Shown: positions 36,030 through 49,293, counted from the first letter of the stretch. The stretch is 64,000 nucleotides of DNA from Azolla caroliniana (GCA_043228905.1 JBHGNT010000014.1:12400001-12464000), one strand, 5' to 3'. Program-made: numbers and translations. The notes: a model not told the origin generated them from the letters alone.

Positions 36030-36031
<2 letters not shown>
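35417..36031 (-). mobile_element. 5'-truncated RTE/RTEX-like LINE, subfamily B
   Basis: Between two (GA)n tracts; encodes KYQDILGSSPTLPKLLDTLDIKKLGRYILELKHHRE (LINE ORF C-terminus) and ends with the shared hairpin motif. Confidence 0.75.
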
Positions 36032-36073
<42 letters not shown>

Positions 36074-36076
<3 letters not shown>

Positions 36077-38047
36077 CCAATTTTGACCTATGGGACCAGA
36101 GTATACATGTGTTCTTGATATGTGTCTCCTTCCTAAGAAGTGGTATTCATACATTGAAACACAAAAGTAAATAAAGCATACACATATGAGCTCAACCTTC
36201 TCGGTGGTGTCTTAAGTATGGCACTTAAGTTATCACTCCCTCTTAGTATGTCAACATATCTTGAATTAATTGCACTATATGTCGAGCATGTGAAGAGCAA
36301 GTGACATTCATCCTCTACCATGCCTTCATTGCATACTTTGCTTGTCTTCAAACTCATTACATTTTGATACCATGATGCAACTTCATGTTGAGAGACAAGC
36401 TCAACATTGGGTGCGTAAATGGGTGCGTAACCTAATATGTAGACTGGGTGCGTAAAACCGTACACAAAGTATGGCCGTGGTGGTGTTTAAACCGAGAGGC
36501 CGTTAGAACATTATTCCTCATAAGGAATAGTTTTGGGAGTTAGTGTAGAAGGCTCATTTATGAGCGGTCAAGTACTGTCAGTACTTGTGTCATCCCAATA
36601 GTCGGGGCTTGTATAAAAGGTGTTCACTGAACACGAAATATGTACAGAGAACATACATAGATCTATTTTTGAATATAGTTTGATGTTTCTACCCTCTCTG
36701 TGTCTCCCTCTCTTTCTTTGTGATTTCTGTGTTTCACCGAACTGTTGTACTTCCGAACCGTGTACTCTGTGTTCTTACTCATACGCTTCCACACACGTAT
36801 TCTTTTACACTTCAATACCTAACTTGTGAGATCGAGTGCAAAGTAGTGTAAGGGCTCTATGAACATTACTACTCATATTGGTAATGAGATAAGGTTGGAT
36901 ACGATCAATAGGCATACTTGCTTTATATTGAGACCAACATTCAAGGCTGGCATTTGCAATGTAGTATTCTAGCTTTGTCCTCTTAACATCTTCCCATTTC
37001 ATCCTTAATGATTCCACCAACCTTTCCTCAATCATTACATACTACATAGCATTGCCCGAAAGCTCTAAAAGATCATCCACACCCCATCTTCTAAACCATT
37101 TCCTTATGTCAACAACCCAATTGGATGAGAAAATCTTACCTTTATGATTCTTTTGTAGCTTACATCCAACATTCCAAGCAAGATGTGGTAATCGATGATT
37201 TCGGCCTATTCTTGACTTTTGTAATGTATTTATATACTCTTTGGAGTGCCAATAGTTCTATGGGTCGAACACCTGTTTCCAAGAACATAACTTGGTAAGA
37301 GGTAGTGCATTTAACTCCTAATTGCCTCCTTAAAAACATCTTTTGAATTTTCTCAATCTCATTCCATGCATTAAGAGAGATTATGCCACCTCATACTTCT
37401 ACTCCATAAAGCAATACTTGAGTTACCATGGCATTGAACAATATTAATTTTACTTCCCATCCACAAGTATCACTTTGGTTGCATTGGTTCTTCAAAAGGT
37501 AATACGATTTCCAACCGGCTTGGAGCCTGGAATCAAAGCATGCACTCCATTTATTTGTGGTGGGTACATCAATACCAAGATATTTAAAGCTTCGAACAAA
37601 TTGTATATGTTCACCTCTATATGTTCGCCTAGGGAAATGATTGAGGAAAATTCTCCACATTCACTGCTGGTCCACTACTATGGCGAACTTCTTCTAATAC
37701 CCCAAGTAAATTTTGCATACTATCAACATCATATGAGAAGAGTACCACATCATCTACATATAGACGCAATAAGATAACATGTTGCATCAATTTGGGGGCA
37801 TTCAATCCTTCTTTTCTTGCAACCTTATTCACCACTTCTTCTAATCTATCAATACATAAGCCAAAGAGTGTGGCTGATAGTGGACATCCTTGCTTGACCC
37901 GCATGTTACTTAAAAAGTGCTTTGAGAATCCACTATCCATTTTTAGTTGGCATTTAACTTGTTCATATAGGCGCGCAACAACAACTCGCGACTTTAATGA
38001 CATGTCAATCTCTACCATTCTATTCCAAAGCTCACTTCGTGGTATGG

Positions 38048-38050
<3 letters not shown>
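36074..38050 (-). mobile_element. 5'-truncated RTE/RTEX-like LINE, subfamily C
   Basis: TIPRSELW, VKQGCPLSATLFGL, LYVDDVVLF, FKYLG, QVLLYGVEV, SHKLGIEV|ASW, VEDECHLLFTC; (GA)n at both ends. Confidence 0.9.
36386..36809 (+). mobile_element. Solo Copia-type LTR inserted into LINE C
   Basis: TGTTGAGAGACAAGCTCAAC...TCTTTTACA, perfect TSD CTTCA; removal rejoins LGIEVASW. Confidence 0.9.
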
Positions 38051-38120
<70 letters not shown>

Positions 38121-38499
38121 GTGATGACGTTCCTGTCATGAACATATACCAAAACTCCAAGACTCGATAGAGATTCGAACGCATGAGCTCCTCAAAGATA
38201 AAGTATAACTTCAACCACTAGGATACTTTATATCATATTTATTAAATTGTAAATTCTTATATTAGAAGAAACATATATAATAGTATGAAACGTCACCACC
38301 GCATAGGCTAACACATGATTACCAAGTGTCATGCTTGCATGAATGCCAAGTGGCATGCTTGCATGAATGACAAATGGCGAGCATGAGTGCCAATGAGGTG
38401 GCAAGCATGCATGTATCCAAAGCATGCTATATAAACATATATCGTACTATTGATGAACTTGTGTCTGTGTTTGTTGCTATCCGACAAAGCTAGTGTGTG

Positions 38500-39325
38500 G
38501 TAACTTCTACGAGCGTATTCTCTAACAATAATGAATCTCAAAGGTTGTCAGATTTTGAAGACGCCAAGAGATGGTTATGTATTTCCCCAAATTATGGATT
38601 TATTTGGGAGAAATTACAAGATATACCATTGTTGCAAGGATCTTTGCCATTGATCATTATCTTGGTTATCTCCTAAAGCAACGAAGTTGTGGAATGTATA
38701 TAAGTCAAATGCAAGGTGGTGGAAAATATTACAACGTGGTTGGCATTCCCATCTACCATTTCGTACAAAGGTATTCATATGGAGAGTCATGATTGGTGGG
38801 CTCCCATTAGGTTCGGCCTTAAAGAGACGAGGACTAGGGCCTGACACTTGTTTCTTTTGCACCGTTCCATTGGAGGATAGTACACATAAGTTCATTAAAT
38901 GTCCTATAGCGTGTACCATTTGGAAGTACTTATCGGACATTTGGGAAGTTTTAACCTGTTGTTGTTTGAGACCTCAACAATGGGTTTTTTCTCAATATGT
39001 TCAAAATAAATCAAATGATGAGATGGAGATATTGTTCTAATTTTTATGTTATTGGGGTCTACAACATAATTGGAATATGCGTAATGCTTTCATGTTTGAT
39101 AATAGACATGGGGTGAAAGCCTATATAAAGAAGTTGAAAGGTATTGTCATGTGGAATTTTTGTATGTTAGCGCATGTGCGGATAATTTCCTCAAATGCTT
39201 ATTCAGGTTTTTTAATAGCATTACAGGATGTCCCTCTCCATACATAGGCATATGATAGGTAGAGGAGACTAAGAAATGTTGTAACTAAGTGGATTTTACA
39301 TACAATTAATAAAATTGTGTGCTTT
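38500..39325 (+). mobile_element. L1-type LINE 3' fragment
   Basis: zf-RVT motif KVFIWRVMIGGLPLG...CFFCTVPLEDSTHKFIKCPIACTIW; AATAAA near 39308. Confidence 0.8.
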
Positions 39326-39353
39326 TACTGAGAGAGAGAGAGAGAGAGAGAGA

Positions 39354-39998
39354 TTATATTATCGTCTTCGAAGGTCAAATATGAGCTATGAGACCAAAAA
39401 TATTACATTTCACGTGATATGTGTGAAAGTGAGTAGTGACTCTTGATGTTCAAGAACTTTACCAATGAATGTTGCAATTGAGGGTGCACATTGTGGTTGT
39501 GAGAGGAATTCATGCAAGGATTGGGCTCAGTCGAAGAGATGTGGAAAGCATGGTCGAATATGATCAAAGGCCGAGCATTGTATCAAAGTGTGATACTCAG
39601 ACTCACGAACTTGTTTAGGGAAAAGTATGCATAGCCGACCACTCTCATCACTTGTGCCCCAACGCCCTGTCTCACATCGCAATGCATGTGAGCTAAGCCG
39701 CATGGAAGTAATGATTGGAATGGCAGATAACGGTATGGGCTCGAACATGTATCGATGTGTACGGTTTCCCCGTTCTGCAAAGAATATGGTTTTGTAGTTA
39801 GGTGCAACGTGTAGTATAATGTGTGAAACGTGATACTCCACATTTGTCCCATGTCATGATACATTGGTGTTGCAAAAAGGCCTCATTTACAGAGGAATCT
39901 AGTGATGCATCATGGAGCAAGTGTCTTGCATCCCATCTACCAAACCATTTTTCTATATCTTGCATCCAACCGGAACACAACATTTTGCTTTTATGTGT
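39354..39998 (-). mobile_element. 5'-truncated RTE/RTEX-like LINE, subfamily A
   Basis: Highly similar reverse complement of 19314-19960; (GA)n on both sides (39330-39353, ~40000-40068). Confidence 0.93.
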
Positions 39999-39999
39999 G

Positions 40000-40071
<72 letters not shown>

Positions 40072-40856
40072 GCCATAGAAAATGATTGTTGATTGACGAG
40101 TCGCCACACAAATTTGTGTGAGAGAGAGAGAGGGAGGGAGAGGGAGCCTGCATAGTGGACGAGGACGAGGACCTCCTTGTTATATACATTGTTGTTGGGA
40201 AACAAATCGTCAATCCACAAGAAAAGGAATATGCTGAAATACATAACTCTGAAACACAGAAAACAATGTACACAAATTTAACGTGGAAAACCCTAAAACG
40301 GGAGAAAACCACGGAGAATGGAGCTTCACTATAAAATGGATATACAATAGCAAGATCAGAGTACAAAAACTCTCTACACATAGTGTAAACAACCTCACAT
40401 GGCTCTCGGAGTATGCTGTTTCTAAAGCACAACAATGGCACCACTGACTCACTAACTCACGCTCCCACACTCTCTCTTATCTCTAACACTACACTATAGA
40501 GGCTCACCCATGTATCTTCCACAATGTTCTGTTGGTCCTACGTGTATTTATACTAATACACAATGGGATATTTACAATCATGGCCATTATTATTATCCAA
40601 TAATAGTAATAATAGTCTTACTAATCAGTCGATCATTTGTCGACTATCAGGTCGGTCCGACTAGTTGGCCTGGCCATCAACCATCCGGTCGACCCGAATA
40701 GCCAGTCGTGTCTTCGACCTTGATCAACTCTCTGTCTGAGTCAACTCCTCAACCATCGGCTCTCATCTGAGTAGTCGGCTCCTCCCACTAGAGGGACATA
40801 TTCCTAACAAACTCCCCCTTCACTCTTGTGGGGAGGAGTTTGTTATTCCTGTCCTC

Positions 40857-42015
40857 TGTTGAGAAACTCTAAGTCAGTCCATCAGTGTCGTGTGGTTTTT
40901 CACACACAATATGAAAACTATGTAGAAAAATAATGAAATAATTATTTTAGATTTGATTAGTAGCTTGTTATAGAAAGATGGATGTCCTAAAGAGCTTTAA
41001 AACACATTTCACTACATACAAAATGGAAGTTATGAGAACATGGAGTTTGAGAAGATAGGGAAAATAGAACTATGATTTATCCCACATAGATAGAAAACTT
41101 AAGGCCCTAGCTATATAAGCACATTGAGATCCCTCATTTTTCATTTGTGCTAAGAGCACTTTGGCCACTTTGTTTAGATGGATGAATGTGGCCAAGTTAC
41201 AAAAAAAAACCAAACTGGAATTGGCCGGAAAGCAAACCGGAATCGGTAAGCAAACCGGACCCGATCGGTAAGCAAACCGGAACCGACGAAATCGGCAATC
41301 GGAAGGTGTCGGAAATCGGGTGGATCCGACAACCGGCGATGATCGAGACAGACAAATGATAGGATCATGTGGCTAATTAAAGTAAAGTAAAGTAAAGTAA
41401 AGTAAAGTAAAGGTCATGTGGACGGTCGCATGCAACTAAAAGAAAAAGCCATGCAACTAAAAATGGATGCAACTAAAAGTAGAGGCCATGCAACTAAAAG
41501 TGGACATGCAAAGTAACATTAAAGGCGATGATCAACGGAGAACTCCATATAAAATTCCATTTTTTTCCTACACTCATTATCTCTCCATATTTTTTCTTTT
41601 CTTTTCCTTCTTAGCTCTCTTATCTTATCGGAACCATAACACTCACTAAATTTCCTTACGGAAGCCATATCTCTCATAAACCCTAATTTTCCCTACGGAA
41701 GCCATAAGACTCAAAACCCTAATTTTCCCTACGGAAGCCATAAGACTCAAAAACCCTAATTTTCCCTACGGAAGCCATAAGACTCAAAAACCCTAATTTT
41801 CCCTACGGAAGCCATAAGACTCAGAAACCCTAAATTTCCCTACGGAAGCCATATCTCTCAAAACCCCTAATTTTTCTTTTCTATTAATCTTAGTAAACCT
41901 AAACTTCTGAATCCCAATCTTGGGACATATTGTAATTTCTTTTCCTTTGTTAATGAAAATGATTAAATTTCTTATTTCCGTTAATTGTTAAAACTATAAA
42001 AGCACGAATGTGATA
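40857..42015. mobile_element. Solo-LTR-like insertion rich in internal repeats
   Basis: TG...TA termini with TSD TCCTC on both sides; contains (TAAAG)n, ATGCAACTAAAA x3 and a ~38-bp array. Confidence 0.6.
41645..41878. repeat. ~38-bp tandem array containing telo-box AAACCCTAA
   Basis: About six units of AAACCCTAATTTTCCCTACGGAAGCCATAAGACTCA. Confidence 0.9.
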
Positions 42016-42304
42016 TCCTCTAGTCGGAGGCCCCGAGGTCCTGCCTCAAGTTCACGTGTCCTTGTCGTATTTTCGCGACATCGGTAGGTTCTTTGTTAGC
42101 ATGTCGGATCCGTTGTCATCAGTATGGATCTTCACGAGGGTAAACTCTCCTTCTTTGACTTTCTCCCATAACCAGTTATACCTTCTCTGAACGTGCTTGG
42201 TCCAAGAGTGGTATGCAACATTCTTGGCTAGATGTATGGCATTTTGGCTGTCATAATGAAGCAAGAAATCCCTTAGCTTCATCCCATACTCGTTGAGAAA
42301 GTTT

Positions 42305-45300
42305 TGACGGGAACTCAACGCTCCCTATACGCAACGCTCGGCCACAACCGAGCTTAGGATCATACACAGAAAAAACCCCAAACTAGGGGAAAAAACCACG
42401 GCAGCCCACAGGCTGCAAACTGTCACTATGTAAGAATATACAACCGTGAGTTCATTGAGGCACCGACCTCGTGCTCACAGATCTTCGCCACAGGCGGCGG
42501 TTACAATAGAGGCAACGACCTCTTTCTCTCTCTCTCTTTCTGTACACAGTTACACACTCTCGCTATGCTTTTTCAACAAGAATGACAACACTTTAACTAA
42601 AGTTTGCCCTAAGTCATATTTATACTAATATGACTTTTCGGCTATTTACAAATATAGCCTCGGTGGACTATCAGAAAACATATTTACGAATATGTCTCTT
42701 CATCCGGTTCTCCGTAGCCGGGTACTCCTCATCCGGTTCATACCGGGTCTGCACCATCCGGCTCTCCGTAGCCAGGTACTCCTCATCCGGTTTCCCATCC
42801 GGAGGGACCTGTCTCCCAACAAACTCCCCCTTCACTCCGGCATGGGATGTCTTACCAGTCCGATCCTCTTCCGACATGCATCCAGCTTGTCGGGTATCAA
42901 CACTTTGGTCAGCATATCTAACCCGTTCTCGGCCGTGTGGATCTTCGTCAGCGCGAACTCCTGGTCATCTACTCTCTCCCGGATCCAGTGGTACCTCTGC
43001 TGGATATGCTTCGTCCGGGAATGGTAGGCCGCATTCTTAGCAAGGTGGATGGCACTTTGACTGTCGCAATAGAGTCGGTATTCATCTTGCCGGATACCGA
43101 GCTCTCCGATGAAGTCCTTCATCCATAATATTTCCTTGCCGGCTTCCACAGCCGCCATGTACTCCGCCTCTGTGGTTGACAATGCAACCGTCTTCTGCAG
43201 CCTCGACTGCCACGAAACAGCTCCCCCTGCGTATGTCATTACATACCCGGATGTAGACTGGCTGGTATCCACATCGGCCGACATGTCCGAATTGGTGAAG
43301 CCGTCCAGTTGAGGTTTTCCGGAGCCGAATCGGAGACACATATTTGAAGTGCCCTTCAAATACCGGAGTATCCATTTGACCGCGTTCCAGTGCTCCTTGC
43401 CGGGATTACTCATGAACCGGCTCACCACTTCGACTGCATATCCTATATCCGGTCGAGTACAAACCATTGCGTACATCAAGCTCCCGACGGCAGAGGCATA
43501 TGGAATCTTCATCATATCCGCCTTCTCTGCTTTCGTCTTCGGGCTTCGCTTGCCGGATAGCCTGCAGTTTGCCGGAAGTGTCGATCCGACCGGTTTCGTT
43601 TCTGACATGTTGAACCGGTGAAGCACCTTTGTCACATACTTCTCCTGTGACAGCCATAATTGCTTCGCTGACCGGTTCCGGATGATGTGCATCCCCAACA
43701 TCTGTCTTGCCAGACCCAAGTCTTTCATTGAGAAGGTCCGGTTGAGAGCCTTCTTCAGCATCTGTATTTTTACTTGGTCTCGTCCGACGATCAACATGTC
43801 ATCCACGTACAGGAGGAGTATCAGGAGGGATCGGCCTGCGTCTTGAGGTACCCTTGATCGGTCATGGAGGAGTCGAACTTCCGGTACGATTGACGGGGAG
43901 CCTGCTTTAGTCCATACAGGCTCTTCTTCAACCGGCATACCAGGTGCTCCTTCCCTTTCTCCACGAATCCTTCCGGTTGTTGCATGTAGATCTCCCCTTC
44001 GAGGTCGCCGTGAAGGAATGCCGTCTTCACGTCCAGCTGCTCTACCTCGAGGTCCATGCTTGCTGCTATACTCAGCACCGTCCGGATGGAGGTCATCTTT
44101 ACTACCGGGGCAAATATCGCGTCGAAGTCCACACCCTTCTTCTGCTAGAACCCCTTCACCACGATCTTGGCTATGTATCTCGGGGGGTTGCCGGCATCTC
44201 CTGGTTTCAACTTGTACACCCACTTGTTTCGGAGTGCCCGCTTTCCTTTCGGCAACTCCACCAATTCGTACGTATGGTTCTCATGCAGGGAATCCATCTC
44301 GTCCTGCATGGCAGTTAACCATTTTCGGCTGTGGGTGTCATCCTTCGCTTCTTTGAAGCTTTCCGGCTCCCCCTCATCGGTCAACAGAACGTGCTCTGCA
44401 TCCGGAAATCTCCGGGGGGCCCTTCTCTCTCTGAGAGGATATCTCCGTCTCTGGGCTTCAGTAGCCGGCTCCTCCATTTGCTCTTCATCCGAATCCAATT
44501 CGGGGTCTTGGCCGGTTCCGGTCTCAACTTCCTGTACTTCTTCTTCTGCCAGTTCGGTATCCTCACTGTAACCGGCTGGTTCCTCGAGTGCTAACCGGTC
44601 TCTTGCCGGTTGGGTCTGCTCATCGTAGAGTCTATCCTTACCGGTCGACTCAGAGTTCATTATCTTCTTCTCCGACGCCCAGTCGGCGAGCGTCTTGTCC
44701 TCCATGAAGATAATATCTCGACTCCGGAATACCTTCTTGTCGACCGGGTCCCACACTCGGTAGCCAAACTCATCGTCACCGTAACCGAGGAATATGCATG
44801 GCCGGATCTTTGGATCTAACTTTCCTCTCCGGACCTTTGCTACATGCACATACGCGAGACACCCGAACACCTTCAGATGCCGGTAGGACACTTCCTTACC
44901 GGTCCATACTCTCTGTGGCGTGTCTCGGTCCAAGGGTACTAAGGGTGATCTGTTTATCACGTATGTCGCCGTCGACAATGCCTCAGCCCAAAACTTCTTG
45001 GGTAGTTTTGCATGCGCTAGCATACTCCGGACCCTCTCCATGAGCCGGATTCCCTTCGAGCGGCAGTACTCCTCGAACTGCCCCCGGTATTCTCCTCCGT
45101 TGTCTGCTCGAACCGCTTTCAGCTTCCGGCCGGTTTCTCTTTCCACTCTCGTGTGGAGCTCTTTGAAGACGGATAACACCTGATCCTTCGTCTTCAACGG
45201 TGTGGCCCACAGCTTGCGGCTGTGGTCATCTATGAATGTCACGAAGTACTGCGCTCCGGCATGTGACTTCGTGTCTACTTGACACACATCCGTATGCACC

Positions 45301-47196
45301 AACTCTAGTGGTGCATTACGTCTCATCGGTGGCCTTCTTCGGAAGGAGGTTCGGTTTTGTTTACCGGCCAGACAGTCAGTGCACTTCTCCAAGTGCACGT
45401 TCTTCACTGGAATGAGGTTGTCGTCTGCAAGCCTCTTCATCCCCTTCTCGCTCATATGACACAGTCTCTTGTGCCACAGCTCACCGGCAGTGTCGGATGC
45501 CACGTTCACTTCTTCCGGGCATAACCGAGCATTCATCAGGTACAGTGTGTTGACCTTCCGGGCCCGAGCCACAATCAGGCTCCCTTTGCTGAACTTCATG
45601 ACACCGTTCTGGATGCTACCCGTGTAGCCTTCATCATCTAGCCGACCGACTGATATCAGGTTTAGACGAACCTCCGGAACGTGTCGGACATCCTTCAACA
45701 ACAACTTGCATCTGGTTGGTGTTGACAGACACACGTCTCCTATGCCGACAATTCAGCATGTATCTTCATTCCCCATCCGGACACAGCCGTGGTCACCGGC
45801 TGAGTAGGATGAGAAGCATTTCCGGTCTGGGGTAAGGTGGAACGATGCTCCGGAGTCTACCACCCAGGTCATCTCGTCGCCGGCAAGGTTTATTTCACTC
45901 TCCTCGGTGATGAGCATCAACTCTTCTTCACTTGCCGCGATTGCCGTCATTCCCTTCCGGTCTGTCCCCTTCCGGTCTTTACCGTTCCGGTCCGGGGTTC
46001 GCTTCGAATCGGTACCGTCGGTTTCCTTGTCTTTACGGAAATGCCGACAGTTCTTTTGGAAGTGTCCCGGCTTGCCGCAATAGAAGCAAGTAGGTCAGAG
46101 GTCTTTAACCACGAGCATGTCCCTCATCTTCGACTTCCACACTGAATAGTTGGAGCCGGTGAGCTTGAACATTCCGCCAAACGATTCGTCCATTTTCTGT
46201 GTCGTTTCGCTCTGATACCACTTGACGGGAACTCAACTCTCCCTATACGCAACGCTCGGCCACAACTTAGCTTAGGATCATACACAGAAAACGGGAAATA
46301 AAAACACGCGACGCAAAGGAGAGAAAAGGTACACAGGAGGTTTACGTGGAAAACCCCAAACTAGGGGAAAAAACCACGGCAGCCCACAGGCTGCAAACTG
46401 TCACTATGTAAGAATATACAACCGTGAGTTCACTGAGGCACCGACCTCGTGCTCATAGATCTTCGCCACAGGCTGCAAACTGAACCGGCAGCCAGAGGAC
46501 TTTAACCACGAGCATGTCCCTCATCTTCGACTTCCACACTGAATAGTTGGAGCCGGTGAGCTTGAACATGCCGCCAAACGATTCATCCATTTTCTGTGTT
46601 GTTTCGCTCTGATACCACTTGACGGGAACTCAACGCTCCCTATACGCAACGCTCGGCCACAACTTAGCTTAGGATCATACACAGAAAACGGGAAATAAAA
46701 ACACGCGACGCAAAGGAGAGAAAAGGTACACAAGAGGTTTACGTGGAAAACCCCAAACTAGGGGAAAAAACCACGGCAGCCCACAGGCTGCAAACTGTCA
46801 CTATGTAAGAATATACAACCGTGAGTTCATTGAGGCACCGACCTCGTACTCACAGATCTTCGCCACAGGCGGCGGTTACAATAGAGGCAACGACCTCTTT
46901 CTCTCTCTCTCTTTCTGTACACAGTTACGCACTCTCGCTATGCTTTTTCAACAAGAATGACAACACTTTAACTAAAGTTTGCCCTAAGTCATATTTATAC
47001 TAATATGACTTTTCGGCTATTTACAAATATAGCCTCGGTGGACTATCAGAAAACATATTTACGAATATGTCTCTTCATCCGGTTCTCCGTAGCCGGGTAC
47101 TCCTCATCCGGTTCATACCGGGTCTGCACCATCCGGCTCTCCGTAGCCGGGTACTCCTCATCCGGTTTCCCATCCGGAGGGACCTGTCTCCCAACA
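42305..47196 (-). mobile_element. Young internally deleted Copia with duplicated PBS region
   Basis: LTRs 42305-42821 and 46620-47196, perfect TSD AGTTT, PPT after 42821, PBS-Met before 46223 and 46620; integrase, RT and RNase H ORFs 42832-45950. Confidence 0.95.
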
Positions 47197-47584
47197 AGTT
47201 TCTCATCCAAATAAGCTCCTTGCCGGCCTCTACCGTTGCCATGTACTTTGCCTTTGTGGTCGACAACGCCATAGACTTATGCAATCGTGACTGCCACGAC
47301 ACCGCTCCCCCTGCATAGGTCATCATGTACCCTGACGTGGATCGACTTGAGTCTACATCCCCCGACATGTCTGAGTCGGTAAACCCTTCAAGCATGGGTT
47401 TTCCGACACCATACTTAAGACACACACTCGAGGTGCCTTTTAAATACCTTAGTATCCATTTAACCGCTGCCCAGTGTTGTCGTCCTGGATTACTCATGTA
47501 TAAGCTTACTGTTCCCACAACAAAAGTTATGTCTGGTTTTGTGCAGACCATAGCATACATTAGATTGCCGACGATTGAGGCAAA

Positions 47585-49293
47585 AGTTATTCTAGTCGTT
47601 AGTATATTCTAGAATTATTCTGTGGTATATTCTAAACAGGTACATTCTTGAGATATTTCTCGAGTATATTCTAGAGATATTCACTCTTGGAAATTGTATA
47701 AGTACTTGTAACATCCTTGGTCCCTTTCAAGGGATTCAACACCAATCATTGACCTTCTCGATCGGAACCTTGTCATAGTCTAGCGTTGGTGTGTCTGTGA
47801 AAGTGTGAATCCCTTCCAATTGGAAGCACCACCTGTCATCGTCATCGCCTTTGCTTCTAGAGTTACCATCATCACAACCCTTGCTTCTGGAGTTACCGTC
47901 ATCAACATCCTTGTCTTTGACGTCATCATTTTCAGCACCTCTTCGCCCAACCATCGTCGTCATCAACACTACTTGTCATCATTTTTAGGTATCATTTTGC
48001 ATCATGGTTTTCGTGAGGAGTGCTTTCGATCGCTCACCTTCCCAATTCCGGTGGGGGTCACAACCGCTCACTTTCCTGGTGGGGATCGGATCATTGCTCG
48101 CTTGTACTAAAATTTCGTTATAGTTCAAGTCTCGTGCCACTTTCCATTGGCGATGACTGATTTTGATCGCTCACCTTCTAGTTCCGGTGGGGGTCACAAC
48201 CGCTCACTTTCGTAGTGGGGATTGGATCGTCGCTTGCTTGCACTCCATTTTCATTTCAGTTCAAGTTTCACTCCAGTTTCCTTTGGCGAGGATCACTTTG
48301 ATTTCTCACCTTCCTAGTTCTGGTGGGGATCAAATCGTTGCTCAGTCACACTCCATTTTCCATATCGGTCTACATTTCACTCCACTCTCTTTTGACGAGG
48401 ATCGATTTCGATCGCTCACCTTCTAGTTTCGGTGGGGGTCACAACCTCTCACTTTCCTAGTGGGGATTGCTTCGGTTTCTCGTTAGCGCTGCCGTTTGTG
48501 CCGCGTTTTGGGTCAACCTTGACTATTTACCCTCTCATAATAGAAGAAGTCAAGTCGACCGCTTCATTTGCACTCCTTCGCCTGTTAGTGTTCGAGTCTC
48601 CGGTGAGGGCCACATGGTCGCTCACTCCCGTTCGTGTTCCAGTCTCCGGTGAGGACCGCACATGGTTGCTCATGCCTGTTGGTGTTCAATACCTCGTGTT
48701 GTGGAAGGGTTACTCCTTATTCTACGATTTACAAAATACTTTGGAGGTGGTCTAAGATTTTCATCAACAATATCCCCTTAGGCCGATGACCGGTTTGGGA
48801 AGGCGGCGTAAGAGGGAGAATAATGTCACATTCTAAACTCGAACATCTGACCTTTAACACACACTGTACATTGTATTGTGTTAACCATATGGAAACTCTT
48901 GTGAACTGTCCACATAGATTGTGAACTTGTATATATTGTCGAGTTTAGTGTATAGTACATTCGAGAATATTCTAGTCGTTAGTATATTCTAGATTTATTC
49001 TATGGTGTATTCTAAACGGGTACATTCTCGAGATATTTCTTGAGTATATTCTAGAGATATTCAATCTCAAAAATTGTATAAATACTTGTAACATCCTTGG
49101 TCCCTTTCAAGGGATTCAACACCAGTCATTGACACATCAATCTAGTATTCTCGTTTCGCCTCATTGTTGTCTCCTTGATCTTTATTTCTGTTTTCATGCT
49201 CTCATGTCACTCACAACATCTAGAGTTCCTAGCCTTGCCACATCTAGCTCCAAGTTCATCCGTCGCTCATAGCCCCATCATCTGTGCTCTGTC
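47585..49293 (+). mobile_element. Non-coding LTR-type element remnant (TRIM/LARD-like)
   Basis: ~165-bp direct repeats 47589-47753 and 48968-49132; purine tract AAGAGGGAGAA before TGTCACA at 48824; internal region made of degenerate repeats, no TE protein motif. Confidence 0.6.

Noticed and set aside
36365-36372. TGATACCA resembling a PBS
   Set aside because: It is LINE coding sequence (SWYQ); the adjacent LTR has its own TSD on both sides.
38325-38425. Clustered GCATG (RY-like) motifs
   Set aside because: Short degenerate repeat far from any gene start; no evidence of function or element boundaries.
41645-41878. CRISPR-like appearance of the 38-bp array (also the 54-bp and 135-bp arrays)
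   Set aside because: Head-to-tail units with no unique spacers, eukaryotic context, no cas genes.
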